Assembly: GCA_963668315.1 (NCBI GenBank)
Contig: OY764216.1
Coordinates: 1,664,001-1,728,000 of the forward strand
DNA from: Spirochaetia bacterium
GTDB lineage: Bacteria > Spirochaetota > Spirochaetia > DSM-2461
Direction: 5' to 3'
DNA: 64,000 bases
Shown: positions 8,806 through 18,989 of the stretch, piece by piece
Layout of the letters: each line of letters starts with the position of its first letter
How positions within the stretch are numbered: position 1 is the stretch's first letter
Translations under genes and position numbers: made by a program
Notes under the pieces: model-generated
The model's database searches: none
Told to the model about the DNA's origin: nothing
Seen by the model: only the letters and a program-made list of their open reading frames with translations

Positions 8806-9972
8806 ATGGCATCATTAAAATTACGTTACGGCTGTAATCCCCATCAGTCCACAGCTTCAATTTCCGCTTCGGGCAATCTTCCGGTGGAAGTTCTCAACGG
8901 TTCTCCCGGCTACATTAATTTCCTTGATGCCCTGAACTCCTGGCAGCTGGTTAAGGAACTGAAAGAGGCTTCCGGTCGTACGGCCGCCGCCTCCTTCAAG
9001 CATGTCAGTCCCGCCGGCGCCGCCCTGGCCGCCCCTCTTTCCGAGGAAATGAGAAAAGTCTGCCAGCTGGGAAGTTTGGAGCTTTCTCCTTCGGCTCAGG
9101 CCTATGCCCTGGCCCGGGGAGGTGACAGAATGTCGTCCTTCGGCGACTGGGCGGCCTTAAGCGATGAGGTGGACGAGGCTACGGCATTGATTATCAAGCG
9201 GGAGGTTTCCGACGGCGTGATTGCCCCGGGCTATACCCCCGAGGCTCTGGAGATTCTCCGAGCCAAAAAAGGCGGCAAGTACAATGTGGTGAAAATCGAT
9301 CCTTCCTACGAGCCGGCCGAACAGGAAGTACGTTCGGTATTCGGCGTCACTTTCGAGCAGACCCGCAACGCCCGTATCATGACAAAGGACGACCTGAACA
9401 ATATCGTGACCGCCAAGAAGGATCTTACCGATGCGGTCAAAGACGATCTGGTCCTGGCCATGATCACTTTGAAATATACCCAGTCCAACTCGGTCTGTTA
9501 TGTGAAAAACGGCCAGGTCATCGGCGTGGGAGCGGGGCAGCAGTCCCGAATCCACTGTACCCGTCTGGCCGGTGACAAAGCGGATATCTGGTATCTGCGG
9601 CAGCATCCCAAAGCCCTGGCTCTTCCCTTCCGCAAGGGATTGTCCCGGCCGGAGAAGGACAACGCCATTGATCTCTATCTCCGGGACGATATTACTCCGG
9701 TCGAGAGGAAATTCTGGCGGGAAGCCTTCTATCGCGAACCGGAAGTCCTGACCCGCGAGGAGAAGGCCGAATGGATCGCTTCGAACAGGGGAGTTTCCCT
9801 GGGATCGGACGCCTTCTTCCCCTTCAGGGACAATATCGACCGGGCGGCCCGCAGCGGTGTTGAGTTTATTGTTCAGCCCGGCGGTTCGGTCCGTGACGAC
9901 GGGGTCATCGAAGCCTGTGACGAATACGGCATGGTCATGGCCTGTACGGGAATTCGTCTTTTTCATCATTAA
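8806..9972 (+). CDS. purH: AICAR transformylase (short PurH lacking the IMP cyclohydrolase domain)
   Basis: LRYGCNPHQ, SFKHVSPAG, KYTQSNSV, GAGQQSRIHC, SDAFFPF, QPGGSVRD, RLFHH; GAGGAG RBS. Confidence 0.9.
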   Translation: MASLKLRYGCNPHQSTASISASGNLPVEVLNGSPGYINFLDALNSWQLVKELKEASGRTAAASFKHVSPAGAALAAPLSEEMRKVCQLGSLELSPSAQAYALARGGDRMSSFGDWAALSDEVDEATALIIKREVSDGVIAPGYTPEALEILRAKKGGKYNVVKIDPSYEPAEQEVRSVFGVTFEQTRNARIMTKDDLNNIVTAKKDLTDAVKDDLVLAMITLKYTQSNSVCYVKNGQVIGVGAGQQSRIHCTRLAGDKADIWYLRQHPKALALPFRKGLSRPEKDNAIDLYLRDDITPVERKFWREAFYREPEVLTREEKAEWIASNRGVSLGSDAFFPFRDNIDRAARSGVEFIVQPGGSVRDDGVIEACDEYGMVMACTGIRLFHH

Positions 9973-9996
9973 AATCAGTAACGGGGACGGGAGATT

Positions 9997-11208
9997 ATGG
10001 AAAAAAAACGCTCGCTGGCCGGTATGGGCAACTATGCCTATTTTCTGGCGGCCATGCTGCTTTTCGGGGCGGCTTCGGGGCTTTTGAGGGGTATTCAGGA
10101 TAACTATCTGGCGGAAGTCCTGAATATTGAACCTTTTCTCAGAGGTGTGGTGGAGTTTTTCCGGGAACTTCCCGGTCTCCTCCTTCTGCTGATACTGGCG
10201 CTCTTCTACCGGACGCCGGAGAACCGGATTCTCAAGTACGCCCTCATGATCGCCCTTGTCGGGATATTCGGACTGATGACGGCGGGGACAAACCGGCTGG
10301 TATTCGTGATCTTCCTGACCCTCTGGAGCGCCGGGGAGCATATTCTCATGCCCGTGCGGCAGTCATACGCCGTCCATGCCTCGGAAAAGGGGAAGGAGGG
10401 AGCGTCTCTGGGCATGGTCAGCAGTCTGGGAAACATCGGACAGGTCGGCGGGTTCTTCATCGTGCCCCTGATCTTTCTGCTTTTCAGCAGGGGCGAAGGT
10501 GACCTGAGGGCTTTCCGCATCGTCATCGCCCTTCTGGCCCTGGTCATCGCGGCCGCCCTGGTCCTTTCTTTGCGCCTGAAAGAGCAGACCGGCCATGTGA
10601 AAAGACAGCGGCTTTTTTTCAGCCGTCGCTACAGCAAATACTATTTTCTTCAGGTCTTCTACGGAGGCAGAAAACAGATATTCCTGACCTTCGCCCCCTA
10701 TGTCCTGATTCTCAACTACGGGGCATCCACCGAGCTTATCGCCTCTCTTCTGGGAATCTGTTCGGTCATCAACATCTTTTTCACACCCATTATCGGGCGG
10801 ATTATAGACAGAATGGGCTACAAGATGGTGATGGTCCTGGATACGGTCTTTCTCTTTTTCGTCTGCCTTATCTACGGATTCGCCCATCGGCTCTTTACTG
10901 CGGATGTCGCGTTTTTTGTCGTATGCGGCGCTTTCATTCTCGACTCCATGATTTCCAACGCTTCCATGGCGACCAGTGTCTATTTAAGCCGGATCAGTCC
11001 GGACAGGGAAGAGATGACTTCCACCATCTCCACGGGTATCTCCATCAATCACTTCATCAGTGTGGCTATCGCCCTGGCTGGCGGTGCGATCTGGGAAAGC
11101 CTCGGCATAGAACTGCTCTTTATTCTGGCTTCGGTCATGGCTGTCTGCAACAGTCTTTTCGCCCTGACCATTCCCTCCCGGGAGGAAACGATGAAAGAGG
11201 CTGTCTGA
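9997..11208 (+). CDS. MFS transporter
   Basis: About 12 TM helices; GRIIDRMGYK loop motif. Confidence 0.85.
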   Translation: MEKKRSLAGMGNYAYFLAAMLLFGAASGLLRGIQDNYLAEVLNIEPFLRGVVEFFRELPGLLLLLILALFYRTPENRILKYALMIALVGIFGLMTAGTNRLVFVIFLTLWSAGEHILMPVRQSYAVHASEKGKEGASLGMVSSLGNIGQVGGFFIVPLIFLLFSRGEGDLRAFRIVIALLALVIAAALVLSLRLKEQTGHVKRQRLFFSRRYSKYYFLQVFYGGRKQIFLTFAPYVLILNYGASTELIASLLGICSVINIFFTPIIGRIIDRMGYKMVMVLDTVFLFFVCLIYGFAHRLFTADVAFFVVCGAFILDSMISNASMATSVYLSRISPDREEMTSTISTGISINHFISVAIALAGGAIWESLGIELLFILASVMAVCNSLFALTIPSREETMKEAV

Positions 11209-11262
11209 GGATGAGGTTTTTCTGCATGCAGGACCGTCTTCTTTATGCTATAATATTGTGAT

Positions 11263-12975
11263 ATGAGATTATTCCGCCCTCTGCTGCTCCTTCCCTTTCT
11301 TCTTCTGCTCTCGGCCTGTTCTTCCAGACAGGTCCCGGAAGATATTCTTCTTACCAAGGGGAAACTGGAGCTCTCATGGGAAGACATGGAACGGTCCTCC
11401 CTCTTCAAAGTGAGGGGGAATGCCGGATTCTACTGGGGCCAGTTCATAGACCCGTCCCAGCCGCCTCCCATGACGGAGTACACCGAAGTTTCCGAGGACT
11501 GGGGGGGCGTTTATCCCGAACAGGGCGACGCGAGCATCAGGGTCATCATTGAGAAGGATCCCCTTATCGACGAGATAGCCCTCTCCTTTACTTCCGTCTG
11601 GTGTTCCTACCGCATGTACATTAACGGGGATCTCGTCGCCGAGGCGGGCAATCCGGCGCTCGATCCCGGACGGCGGCAGCTCTATCTGCACAGGAAGGAC
11701 GTGATTACCTATACGGGCAGCTCGGACACCCTGGATATCGTCTACCACATCTCAAATCCCTATTATCACCGCAACGGGGTCAAACAGCTGAAAATCGGTA
11801 CGGATAAGGCCATAAGGGATGATTTTTTCTGGGACCTTTTTTCCGACTGTCTGATACTGGGAATCCTCCTGGCCATGACGGCCTATCATTTTATCATGGC
11901 CGCTTCCAAGACAAACCGGACCTATATCATGTTTTTCGCCCTGCTGACCCTGACCATTACCTACCGCTACTTTACCGTGTCCTCCCGTCTGGTTTTTGAC
12001 GTCTTTCCCAATTTGAGCATGATCTCCTACGACAGGCTGCAGAGACTGGGGATTTATCCGATAGCCGGATTCTTTATCTCCTATCTCTACCATCTCTATC
12101 CCCATATCGGACGTAAGTCTCTCGTGAGGATTATACAGATCGCCTCCCTCGTCTTTTCCGTTCTCTCCTTCTTCGTCTCCCCGAAGATGGTCTCGGGGGC
12201 TCTTTTCACGGCTTTCTATCCTGTTTTCATCCTAACCGTGCTTTACGGGATATATGTGATTGCCATCGCCATGATTAAAAGGGAGGAGGACGCCTTTCCC
12301 ATGGCGGCGGGGATCATGCTTCTTGTGGGAACGGCCGTCTTTGATATGGTCCTCGACAGGGATCTTCTGCCCTCCCATTTCGTCTACCAGATGGATAAGG
12401 GAATGATCGGCTTCATTTTCGTGCAGGCCTATATTATCACCCTTAGGATCAACCGGGCCTATGAGAACGAGAAACGGTTCCGGGAAGCCCTTCAGGGTGT
12501 GCAGAGCCGGCTGGAATTAACCGTGGAGGGGGGACAGCTGGGGCTGATTGAATGGGATATTGTTCATAATACCTGGTTCCTCAACGATATCTTTGCCGAA
12601 ATGATCGGTTTTAGAAAGGACCACCATATTTTCAGCCGGCGACACTGGCTGGATCTGGTCCATCCCGATGATCTGAAAGAGATCGACACCCTGCTCAAGG
12701 GAGCCCTCTCTGGCAAAATCGGCAATTTCAGAAAAGAGTACAGGATCAGAATGCACGGCGGCAGTTACCGCTGGTGTCTCCTCCTGGGAAAGGTCATACA
12801 GCAGAATCGTCTGGGCGGCGCCGAATGGTTTGTGGGGCTCCATATCGATGTCAGTGATAAAAAGCGCAATGAGGAAGCCCTCTCGCAGATAATTGAAGCC
12901 GATAAGAGCGGCCTGGAGGAAGCCCGCGACAAGGCGGAACAGCTTCTCCGGGGAGAGCTGAATCAGGATTCGTAA
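11263..12975 (+). CDS. 7TM-DISM-type membrane sensor with PAS domain and no output domain
   Basis: Lipoprotein-like signal, extracellular beta domain (YRMYINGDLVAEAG), ~7 TM helices, PAS_3 (LVHPDD...EYRIR...YRW). Confidence 0.75.
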   Translation: MRLFRPLLLLPFLLLLSACSSRQVPEDILLTKGKLELSWEDMERSSLFKVRGNAGFYWGQFIDPSQPPPMTEYTEVSEDWGGVYPEQGDASIRVIIEKDPLIDEIALSFTSVWCSYRMYINGDLVAEAGNPALDPGRRQLYLHRKDVITYTGSSDTLDIVYHISNPYYHRNGVKQLKIGTDKAIRDDFFWDLFSDCLILGILLAMTAYHFIMAASKTNRTYIMFFALLTLTITYRYFTVSSRLVFDVFPNLSMISYDRLQRLGIYPIAGFFISYLYHLYPHIGRKSLVRIIQIASLVFSVLSFFVSPKMVSGALFTAFYPVFILTVLYGIYVIAIAMIKREEDAFPMAAGIMLLVGTAVFDMVLDRDLLPSHFVYQMDKGMIGFIFVQAYIITLRINRAYENEKRFREALQGVQSRLELTVEGGQLGLIEWDIVHNTWFLNDIFAEMIGFRKDHHIFSRRHWLDLVHPDDLKEIDTLLKGALSGKIGNFRKEYRIRMHGGSYRWCLLLGKVIQQNRLGGAEWFVGLHIDVSDKKRNEEALSQIIEADKSGLEEARDKAEQLLRGELNQDS

Positions 12976-13004
12976 AAAAAAGCTCCCGCCGGGTTGACGG
13001 GAGC
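12974..13004 (-). terminator. Intrinsic terminator after xylA
   Basis: GCTCCCG/CGGGAGC stem next to an A8 tract (U tract on the minus strand). Confidence 0.75.
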
Positions 13005-13012
13005 CTCAGAAA

Positions 13013-14344
13013 TCAGCTGAACATCACCTTGTTGATAATGTTCTCGTACTTCTCCTGTTTTCCGCTTATCGCCTTGGCCTTGGCATAGTCTGCTTCGGCT
13101 GCCAGCTGGTCCAGGCTCATCTTGCCTTCTTCAAAATCCTTTCCCTTCCCGCTGTCGAAAGAGCTGTATCTCTCTTTGACCATCGCAGGGATGGAGGTGC
13201 TGTTAAGAATCGTCCAGGCCTTTTCCAGTCCAAGAGCGAAAGCGTCCATTCCGCCTATGTGGGCCAGGAAGAGATCGTCCGTGTCGGTGGAGTTTCTCCT
13301 TATCTTAGCATCAAAGTTCAGACCGCCCGTGACGAATCCGCCCGACTTGAGGATGGACACCATCGCTTCGGTCGTATCATACACGTCTGAGGGGAACTGG
13401 TCCGTATCCCAGCCGTTCTGATAGTCGCCCCGGTTGGCGTCAACACTTCCGAAGAGTCCTTCGGCCCGGGCTACTTCCAGCTCATGGGCAAAGGTGTGCT
13501 GTGCCAAAGTGGCATGGTTCGCTTCGATATTCAGCCTGAAGTCCTTGTCCAGACCGTACTTTCTGAGGAATCCGGCCACCGTGTGGGAGTCGAAGTCATA
13601 CTGATGCTTGGAGGGCTCCATGGGCTTGGGTTCGATAAGGAAAGGACCGGTAAAACCGATCTTGCGTCCGTAGTCCCGGGCCATGGTCAGAAAACGGGCC
13701 ATATGGTCCAGTTCGCGTCCCATTTCGGTATTCCAGAGGCTCATATAGCCTTCCCGGCCGCCCCAGAAAACGTAGTTCTCACCGCCCAGTTTCACCGTGG
13801 CGTCCAGAGCCGCTTTGACCTGGGCGCCCACATTGGCTACCACATTGAAGTCGGGGTTGGTGGCGGCGCCGTTCATATAGCGGGGATGGGAGAAGGCGTT
13901 GGCCGTAGCCCAGAGAAGCTTCATGCCCGTGGCGTCCTGACGCTCTTTGGCCATATCGGTAATCTTAACCAGATTCGCTTCGGATTCGGCTACCGTGGCC
14001 CCTTCGGGTGCGATGTCCCGGTCGTGGAAACAGTAGTAGGGAGCGCCCATCTTCGTAAAGAACTCAAAGGCCGCGTCCAGTTTGTCCTTGGCCGCTTCCA
14101 TGGGATCTGCCTTTTCGTCCCAGGGCATATCCCGCGTGGCTGCGCCGAAGGGATCGGCATTGCCGGCGCAGAAAGAGTGCCAGTAGGCGATGGCGAAACG
14201 CAGATGGTCTTTCATCGTCTTGCCGCCGATGACCTTGTTCTCATCGTAAAATTTGAAGGCCAGGGGGTTGTCGCTCGCAGGTCCTTCGTAACCGATTTTG
14301 CCGATTCCGGGGAAATACTCCCGGTTTCCCGTAAAATAACTCAT
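13013..14344 (-). CDS. xylA: Xylose isomerase (class II)
   Basis: [55 protein letters not shown]. Confidence 0.98.
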   Translation of the reverse strand: MSYFTGNREYFPGIGKIGYEGPASDNPLAFKFYDENKVIGGKTMKDHLRFAIAYWHSFCAGNADPFGAATRDMPWDEKADPMEAAKDKLDAAFEFFTKMGAPYYCFHDRDIAPEGATVAESEANLVKITDMAKERQDATGMKLLWATANAFSHPRYMNGAATNPDFNVVANVGAQVKAALDATVKLGGENYVFWGGREGYMSLWNTEMGRELDHMARFLTMARDYGRKIGFTGPFLIEPKPMEPSKHQYDFDSHTVAGFLRKYGLDKDFRLNIEANHATLAQHTFAHELEVARAEGLFGSVDANRGDYQNGWDTDQFPSDVYDTTEAMVSILKSGGFVTGGLNFDAKIRRNSTDTDDLFLAHIGGMDAFALGLEKAWTILNSTSIPAMVKERYSSFDSGKGKDFEEGKMSLDQLAAEADYAKAKAISGKQEKYENIINKVMFS

Positions 14345-14359
14345 ATAAATACCTCCGAT

Positions 14360-15853
14360 TTAACTGAAGAGCCCGGAAAGGGCTTTCACATAGGATTCGT
14401 AAACTTTGTAAGTTTCCCGGTAAGCGGGAACATCCTTTTGATCAGGTTCGTAAATTCTCTCTTCGTCCAGGGTGATGTGCTCCTTCGTCAGCTGGGCAAT
14501 GGACACGGAATTATCCGAGGACGACTTGAGCATCCAGAGGGCCTGAAGGGCCGAACCGAGGGCGGCGGCTTCCTTTCCCGTGGGAATGCGAACGGTACAC
14601 TCCAGAATATCCGCCGTCATCTGGCTCCAGAAGGGACTGTTGGCTCCGCCGCCGATCAGCCGGATCTCCCGGGGGTTGAATCCCAGCTCCCTGAAGCTGT
14701 CCAGGCCGGTTTTCAGGCCGAAGATGGAGGCTTCCATGGAGGAGCGGCACACATTGGCCTGGGTGAAGTTCAGGTTGTTCAGACCCACGACGCATCCCTT
14801 TCCGTGGGGAAAGTTGGGAACCCGCTCGCCGTTGTAGAAGGGCAGGGTAATGACCCCTTCCGATCCGGCGGGAGCTTCCTGCGCCTTATCTTCCAGTTCC
14901 CGGACCGACTGGCTCAGGAAGTCACGGGTCAGCTCGGTGGAGACGGTGCAGTTCATGGTGCAGAGCAGGGGAAGCCACCCCCCCGTGGAAGAACAGAAAG
15001 AAGCCAGCCGTCCTTCCGGGTCTATAACGGGGCTGTCCGAATAGCCGTAAAGGGTCCCGGACGTTCCCAGACTGGCGGTGATGATGCCCTCTTCCACGGC
15101 GCCCGTTCCGATGGCGCCCATCATATTGTCCCCTCCGCCGGAAGAGACGGGTATGCCGGCTGGCAGGCCCAGCTCGGCCGCCCGGTCGGACTGGAGAATC
15201 CCGCAGGGTTTGTCCGCTTCGATCAGTCCGGGGAGGCAGGGCGTCAGATCCCTGTCCGGATCCAGAACCTTGATCATCGATTCATCCCATTTTCTTTTGG
15301 CTATGTTCAGAAGTCCCGTTCCCGAGGCGTCGCCGTACTCCATGGAGTATTCGCCGGTCAGCCACCAGTTCAGGTAGTCGTGGGGCAGAAGGATATGGGC
15401 CATCTGGGCATAAAGGTCGGGATGGTGGTTTTTCAGCCAGAGGATCTTGGAGATGGTGTATCCCGGGGGCAGCAGGTTTCCCGGTCCCTTCAGAAGTTTC
15501 TCCTCCCCGCCGTAGGCGTCGGTCAGGCAGGTGCATTCATAGGCCGAAGAGGTGTCGCACCAGAGCTTGACCGCATAAAGGACGTTTCCGTCCTTGTCCA
15601 TGGGAACAAATCCGTGCTGCTGGCCGGAGACGCCGATCGCTTCCACGGTCTTCTTGGCATCCTCGGGAAGCTGGGAAAGGCAATCCTTCAGCGCATCTAT
15701 CCACCAGTCGGCCCGCTGCTCCCTTGTGCCGTCCGATTCACTGATCAGCTCGTGGGAGCTCTGGCCCACGGCGACAATCTTTTTATTTTCGTAATCATAG
15801 ATGACAACCTTGGTACTCTGGGTACCGTTGTCTATGCCCATGACGGTTTTCAT
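14360..15853 (-). CDS. xylB: Xylulokinase
   Basis: GIDNGTQSTK, GVSGQQHG, GDASGTG, GGGDNMMGAIG, PFYNGER; directly upstream of xylA. Confidence 0.93.
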   Translation of the reverse strand: MKTVMGIDNGTQSTKVVIYDYENKKIVAVGQSSHELISESDGTREQRADWWIDALKDCLSQLPEDAKKTVEAIGVSGQQHGFVPMDKDGNVLYAVKLWCDTSSAYECTCLTDAYGGEEKLLKGPGNLLPPGYTISKILWLKNHHPDLYAQMAHILLPHDYLNWWLTGEYSMEYGDASGTGLLNIAKRKWDESMIKVLDPDRDLTPCLPGLIEADKPCGILQSDRAAELGLPAGIPVSSGGGDNMMGAIGTGAVEEGIITASLGTSGTLYGYSDSPVIDPEGRLASFCSSTGGWLPLLCTMNCTVSTELTRDFLSQSVRELEDKAQEAPAGSEGVITLPFYNGERVPNFPHGKGCVVGLNNLNFTQANVCRSSMEASIFGLKTGLDSFRELGFNPREIRLIGGGANSPFWSQMTADILECTVRIPTGKEAAALGSALQALWMLKSSSDNSVSIAQLTKEHITLDEERIYEPDQKDVPAYRETYKVYESYVKALSGLFS

Positions 15854-15978
15854 AAATCCCTCCTGGTCAATACCGGCAATGATTTCACTTTATAGCCACT
15901 ATTCCCCCAAAAGAATGGATAGAATAGATAAAACTTATAAAAAATTGACATGGGAAGACAGTCAGGTTATGATGGGCC

Positions 15979-16809
15979 ATGGCGCTCATTGATTTCCGTG
16001 ATGTTGTTTTTGTATACCACATGCATGATGAGAAGGACAAACGCTGGCACGGGCGTTATCACAGTCATAATCCCCGGGAGTATGAACTTCACTATTTCAT
16101 CCAGGGAGAGGGACATTTCTACTCGGGGGAAACCTACGCCATTCATCCCGGTTCCCTTTTCATCTCTCCCCCGGGCGAGTCCCATCAGATCCGTGTCTCC
16201 GATATGGATAATCCTCTTTCCTATTATGCCATTCTTTTTGAGATCGATCTGAACGACAGGGAAGTCTGCTCTCTCATGGAGTCGCTCAGGCAGACGAAGC
16301 ACCGCATCATAGGGGCGAATTTCCGGTTTTTCTTTGAAGAAGTCAGGGAGAAGGCCCTGTCCGTCGATTTCTGGCGGCATAAGTCGGCCATGCATCAGTT
16401 CGTCTCCTTCCTTTATCTTCTCAATTCGGAAAAAGGGGATTTCCACTACGGGGACGAGCGAAACCGCCATATAGAGAGGGCTTTGAAGATCATGCAGGAA
16501 AATGTTTTCCGCGATCTGGATCTGGGGGACCTCGCCCGGCGGCTAAATCTCTCCGAAAGCTATTTCATCCGGCTCTTCAAAGAGAAAATAAAAATGACCC
16601 CCATGAAATACTTCACCCGCCTGAAGGTCGAAGCGGCGTCCTCCCTGCTGAGCAGCACCGATCTTACCAGCGCCGCCATAGCGGAAAGGCTGAATTTCTA
16701 TTCGGAATTTCATTTCTCCCGGGTATTCAAACAGTATACGTCCTATTCTCCCCGGGCCTACCGCCAAAGGTTCCTCACCGCGGGCGATGAGGCTCAGGAA
16801 TTCAGGTAG
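15979..16809 (+). CDS. AraC-family transcriptional regulator (probable xylAB regulator)
   Basis: Cupin N-terminus, C-terminal double HTH (SESYFIRLFK, FHFSRVFKQ..SPRAYR); divergent from xylB. Confidence 0.9.
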   Translation: MALIDFRDVVFVYHMHDEKDKRWHGRYHSHNPREYELHYFIQGEGHFYSGETYAIHPGSLFISPPGESHQIRVSDMDNPLSYYAILFEIDLNDREVCSLMESLRQTKHRIIGANFRFFFEEVREKALSVDFWRHKSAMHQFVSFLYLLNSEKGDFHYGDERNRHIERALKIMQENVFRDLDLGDLARRLNLSESYFIRLFKEKIKMTPMKYFTRLKVEAASSLLSSTDLTSAAIAERLNFYSEFHFSRVFKQYTSYSPRAYRQRFLTAGDEAQEFR

Positions 16810-17732
16810 TCCTTTAGCATTTCATCCTTTGTGGGGGGATTCGCTCCCGACCGGCTGCAGTTAATTCCGGCGGCTTTATTGGCATATTCTCCCAGTTTTT
16901 CAAGCTCTTCTCGGGATAATCGGGCTATCGCTTTTTTATCAAACCACCCGTTTTCATGGAAATAGGCCAGTATGGCGCCGTGGAACGTATCTCCCGCGCC
17001 GATAGTATCCGCCACGGGAAGATCGTAAAGGGGACTTCTTACGCTTACCGATCCGGTTACGAGCCGCGCCCCTTTTTTCCCTTCCGTCAGGGCGATCAGG
17101 GCGATACCGGAATCGAGGAGGGTCCCAAGAGCTTTTTCTACGGGTATCCCGGGATAGAGCCACTCCAGATCCTCATCGCTCAGTTTAATTAAGGTGCTGA
17201 TTTTACACAGATTCAGAAAGCGGTTCATGTAGATGTTCCGGTCATGCACGAGGGAAGGTCTGATGTTGGGATCGAAGGAGAGCAGGTAGTTTTTCCCCTT
17301 TTCCAGCAGAAATTTTTCGATAGTTGATCCGCAGGGTTCCTGAGAGAGGGATATGGAGCCGAAGTGAATAATCCGTGTCTCCCCGGGAAGGGAAATTGAG
17401 TCCATTTCGTCGGCCGGCCAGTTTCTGTCGGCGGCTCCGCTGGAAAAAAAGGCATACCGGGCCTGCCCGTCCGGCTGTTTGCTGACGAAGGAGAGTGTCG
17501 TGGGATCGTCCGATCTTAACGCAATATCCGTTCCTACTCCGTTTTTCCTCAGATAATCGAGCAACTGCTCCCCGAACATATCCCGGCTCACCCGCCCCAG
17601 ATACCGGCAGGAGACTCCCAGCCGCGAGACGGCGACCGCCGTGTTGTAAGGCGATCCGCCGGGAAAGCCCTTGAATTCCAGATCGTCCTGGCTGATAAAA
17701 TCGATTAGTGCTTCTCCGAGACTTACTATCAT
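16794..17732 (-). CDS. PfkB-family carbohydrate kinase (fructokinase-like)
   Basis: GGSPYNTA, FDPNIRP, DTIGAGDTF. Confidence 0.92.
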   Translation of the reverse strand: MIVSLGEALIDFISQDDLEFKGFPGGSPYNTAVAVSRLGVSCRYLGRVSRDMFGEQLLDYLRKNGVGTDIALRSDDPTTLSFVSKQPDGQARYAFFSSGAADRNWPADEMDSISLPGETRIIHFGSISLSQEPCGSTIEKFLLEKGKNYLLSFDPNIRPSLVHDRNIYMNRFLNLCKISTLIKLSDEDLEWLYPGIPVEKALGTLLDSGIALIALTEGKKGARLVTGSVSVRSPLYDLPVADTIGAGDTFHGAILAYFHENGWFDKKAIARLSREELEKLGEYANKAAGINCSRSGANPPTKDEMLKDYLNS

Positions 17733-17823
17733 AAAAACTCCTTTGCCCTATAGGCAGGCGGTGAGCCGCCCGACGGCCTTTTCATCTTCTATCCAACCGG
17801 AAGGCTGAGTTCCGGAATCGTCA

Positions 17824-18834
17824 TCAGCAGGAGGAGCGGGGAATCAGCTTCGTGGGAATCCTGTACTCCCTGAAAGGCTCGCCGTTCCCCCTTATCCGGT
17901 CAAGCATAACGGTTGCGGCGGTTCTTCCTATCTCCAGACGGTCCTGATCCACCGCGGTCAGGGGAGGATCGGACATGGAGAGCCAGAACATATCGTCAAA
18001 ACAGACGAGGGCGATATCTTCGGGAATCCTCAGGCGGTTCTCCTTGATGTAGCTGACGGCGCCCACCGCGGCCAGGGCGTTTCCACAGAAAAGGGCATCT
18101 GCCTTCCTGTCCCTTACCAGAGTTTCGGTCAGTTTAAAACTGTCGCCCACTTTCTGTTCCGAGAGTCTCAGAGGGCGTCCGCTGCCGAAAAGAATCAGCT
18201 TGTCATCGGCTTCAACGGCGTAATCAAGCAGAGCTTTTCTGTAGCCCCGCGCCCTTTCATCCATGGTCTCCGTAAAGCTCGACCCTATGAAGCCGATATT
18301 TCTGTAACCCCTGCTTAGGAGCAGTTCCGTTCCCCCATAGGCTCCGTCAAAGTTCTCCGTCAGGATGCAATCGCCGGGAAAATCCCCCGGCTTCCTGTCA
18401 AAGAATACGGCCGGGCAGCGATCCCCGATCAGATCCTGCATATAGGAACAGTCTTTTCCGGTAGGGGCGATAATCAGGCCGTCCACATTCTGCATAAGCA
18501 GACTCTCTATATTATCTCTCTCTTTCGCGGGGTCTTCATCGGAATTGATATATATCAGATGGTAGCCTTCGGGGTTGAGGACCTTGTCTATACTCAGGGC
18601 AATGTCCATATAGAACAGATTGGTCAGGTCTGAAATGACCAGGCCGATCATGTGGGAGTGGCCGCTGCGGAGCGTCCGGGCAATGGGGTTCACATTGTAA
18701 TTCAGGGCCCTGATCGCCTGGAGGACTTTCTCCCTGGTATCCCCGTTGACATGGCGGGTTTCATTGAGCACATGGGATACTGTCGCGGTGGATACTCCGG
18801 CCATCCGGGCCACATCCTTCATGGAAACACCCAT
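17824..18834 (-). CDS. LacI-family transcriptional regulator
   Basis: MKDVARMAGVSTATVSHVLN HTH plus sugar-binding domain; GGAGG RBS before 18834. Confidence 0.93.
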   Translation of the reverse strand: MGVSMKDVARMAGVSTATVSHVLNETRHVNGDTREKVLQAIRALNYNVNPIARTLRSGHSHMIGLVISDLTNLFYMDIALSIDKVLNPEGYHLIYINSDEDPAKERDNIESLLMQNVDGLIIAPTGKDCSYMQDLIGDRCPAVFFDRKPGDFPGDCILTENFDGAYGGTELLLSRGYRNIGFIGSSFTETMDERARGYRKALLDYAVEADDKLILFGSGRPLRLSEQKVGDSFKLTETLVRDRKADALFCGNALAAVGAVSYIKENRLRIPEDIALVCFDDMFWLSMSDPPLTAVDQDRLEIGRTAATVMLDRIRGNGEPFREYRIPTKLIPRSSC

Positions 18835-18848
18835 GGAATCCTCCGTAC

Positions 18849-18860
18849 GTAATCGATTAC
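18849..18860. promoter_or_regulatory. LacI-type operator GTAATCGATTAC
   Basis: Perfect 12-bp palindrome with central CG just upstream of the LacI RBS. Confidence 0.65.
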
Positions 18861-18989
18861 CTGCCAAGAATACACGGTAGGCGGATGAAGGTCAAGGCTG
18901 ACGGGAAGTTCTGCCGCCCTGATGGCTCTGACAGATCCCGTGCCCGGGAAAATTTGACACCGCTTCCTTTCTATGTTATCAAGATACCC

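Noticed and set aside
9157..10341. 394-aa minus-strand ORF; similarly 41590-42705, 45652-46743, 21211-22143 and 43827-44729
   Set aside because: Shadow frames opposite well-supported genes.
13484..15895. 803-aa plus-strand ORF
   Set aside because: Antisense shadow of xylA/xylB with no recognisable domain; expected in GC-rich coding DNA.
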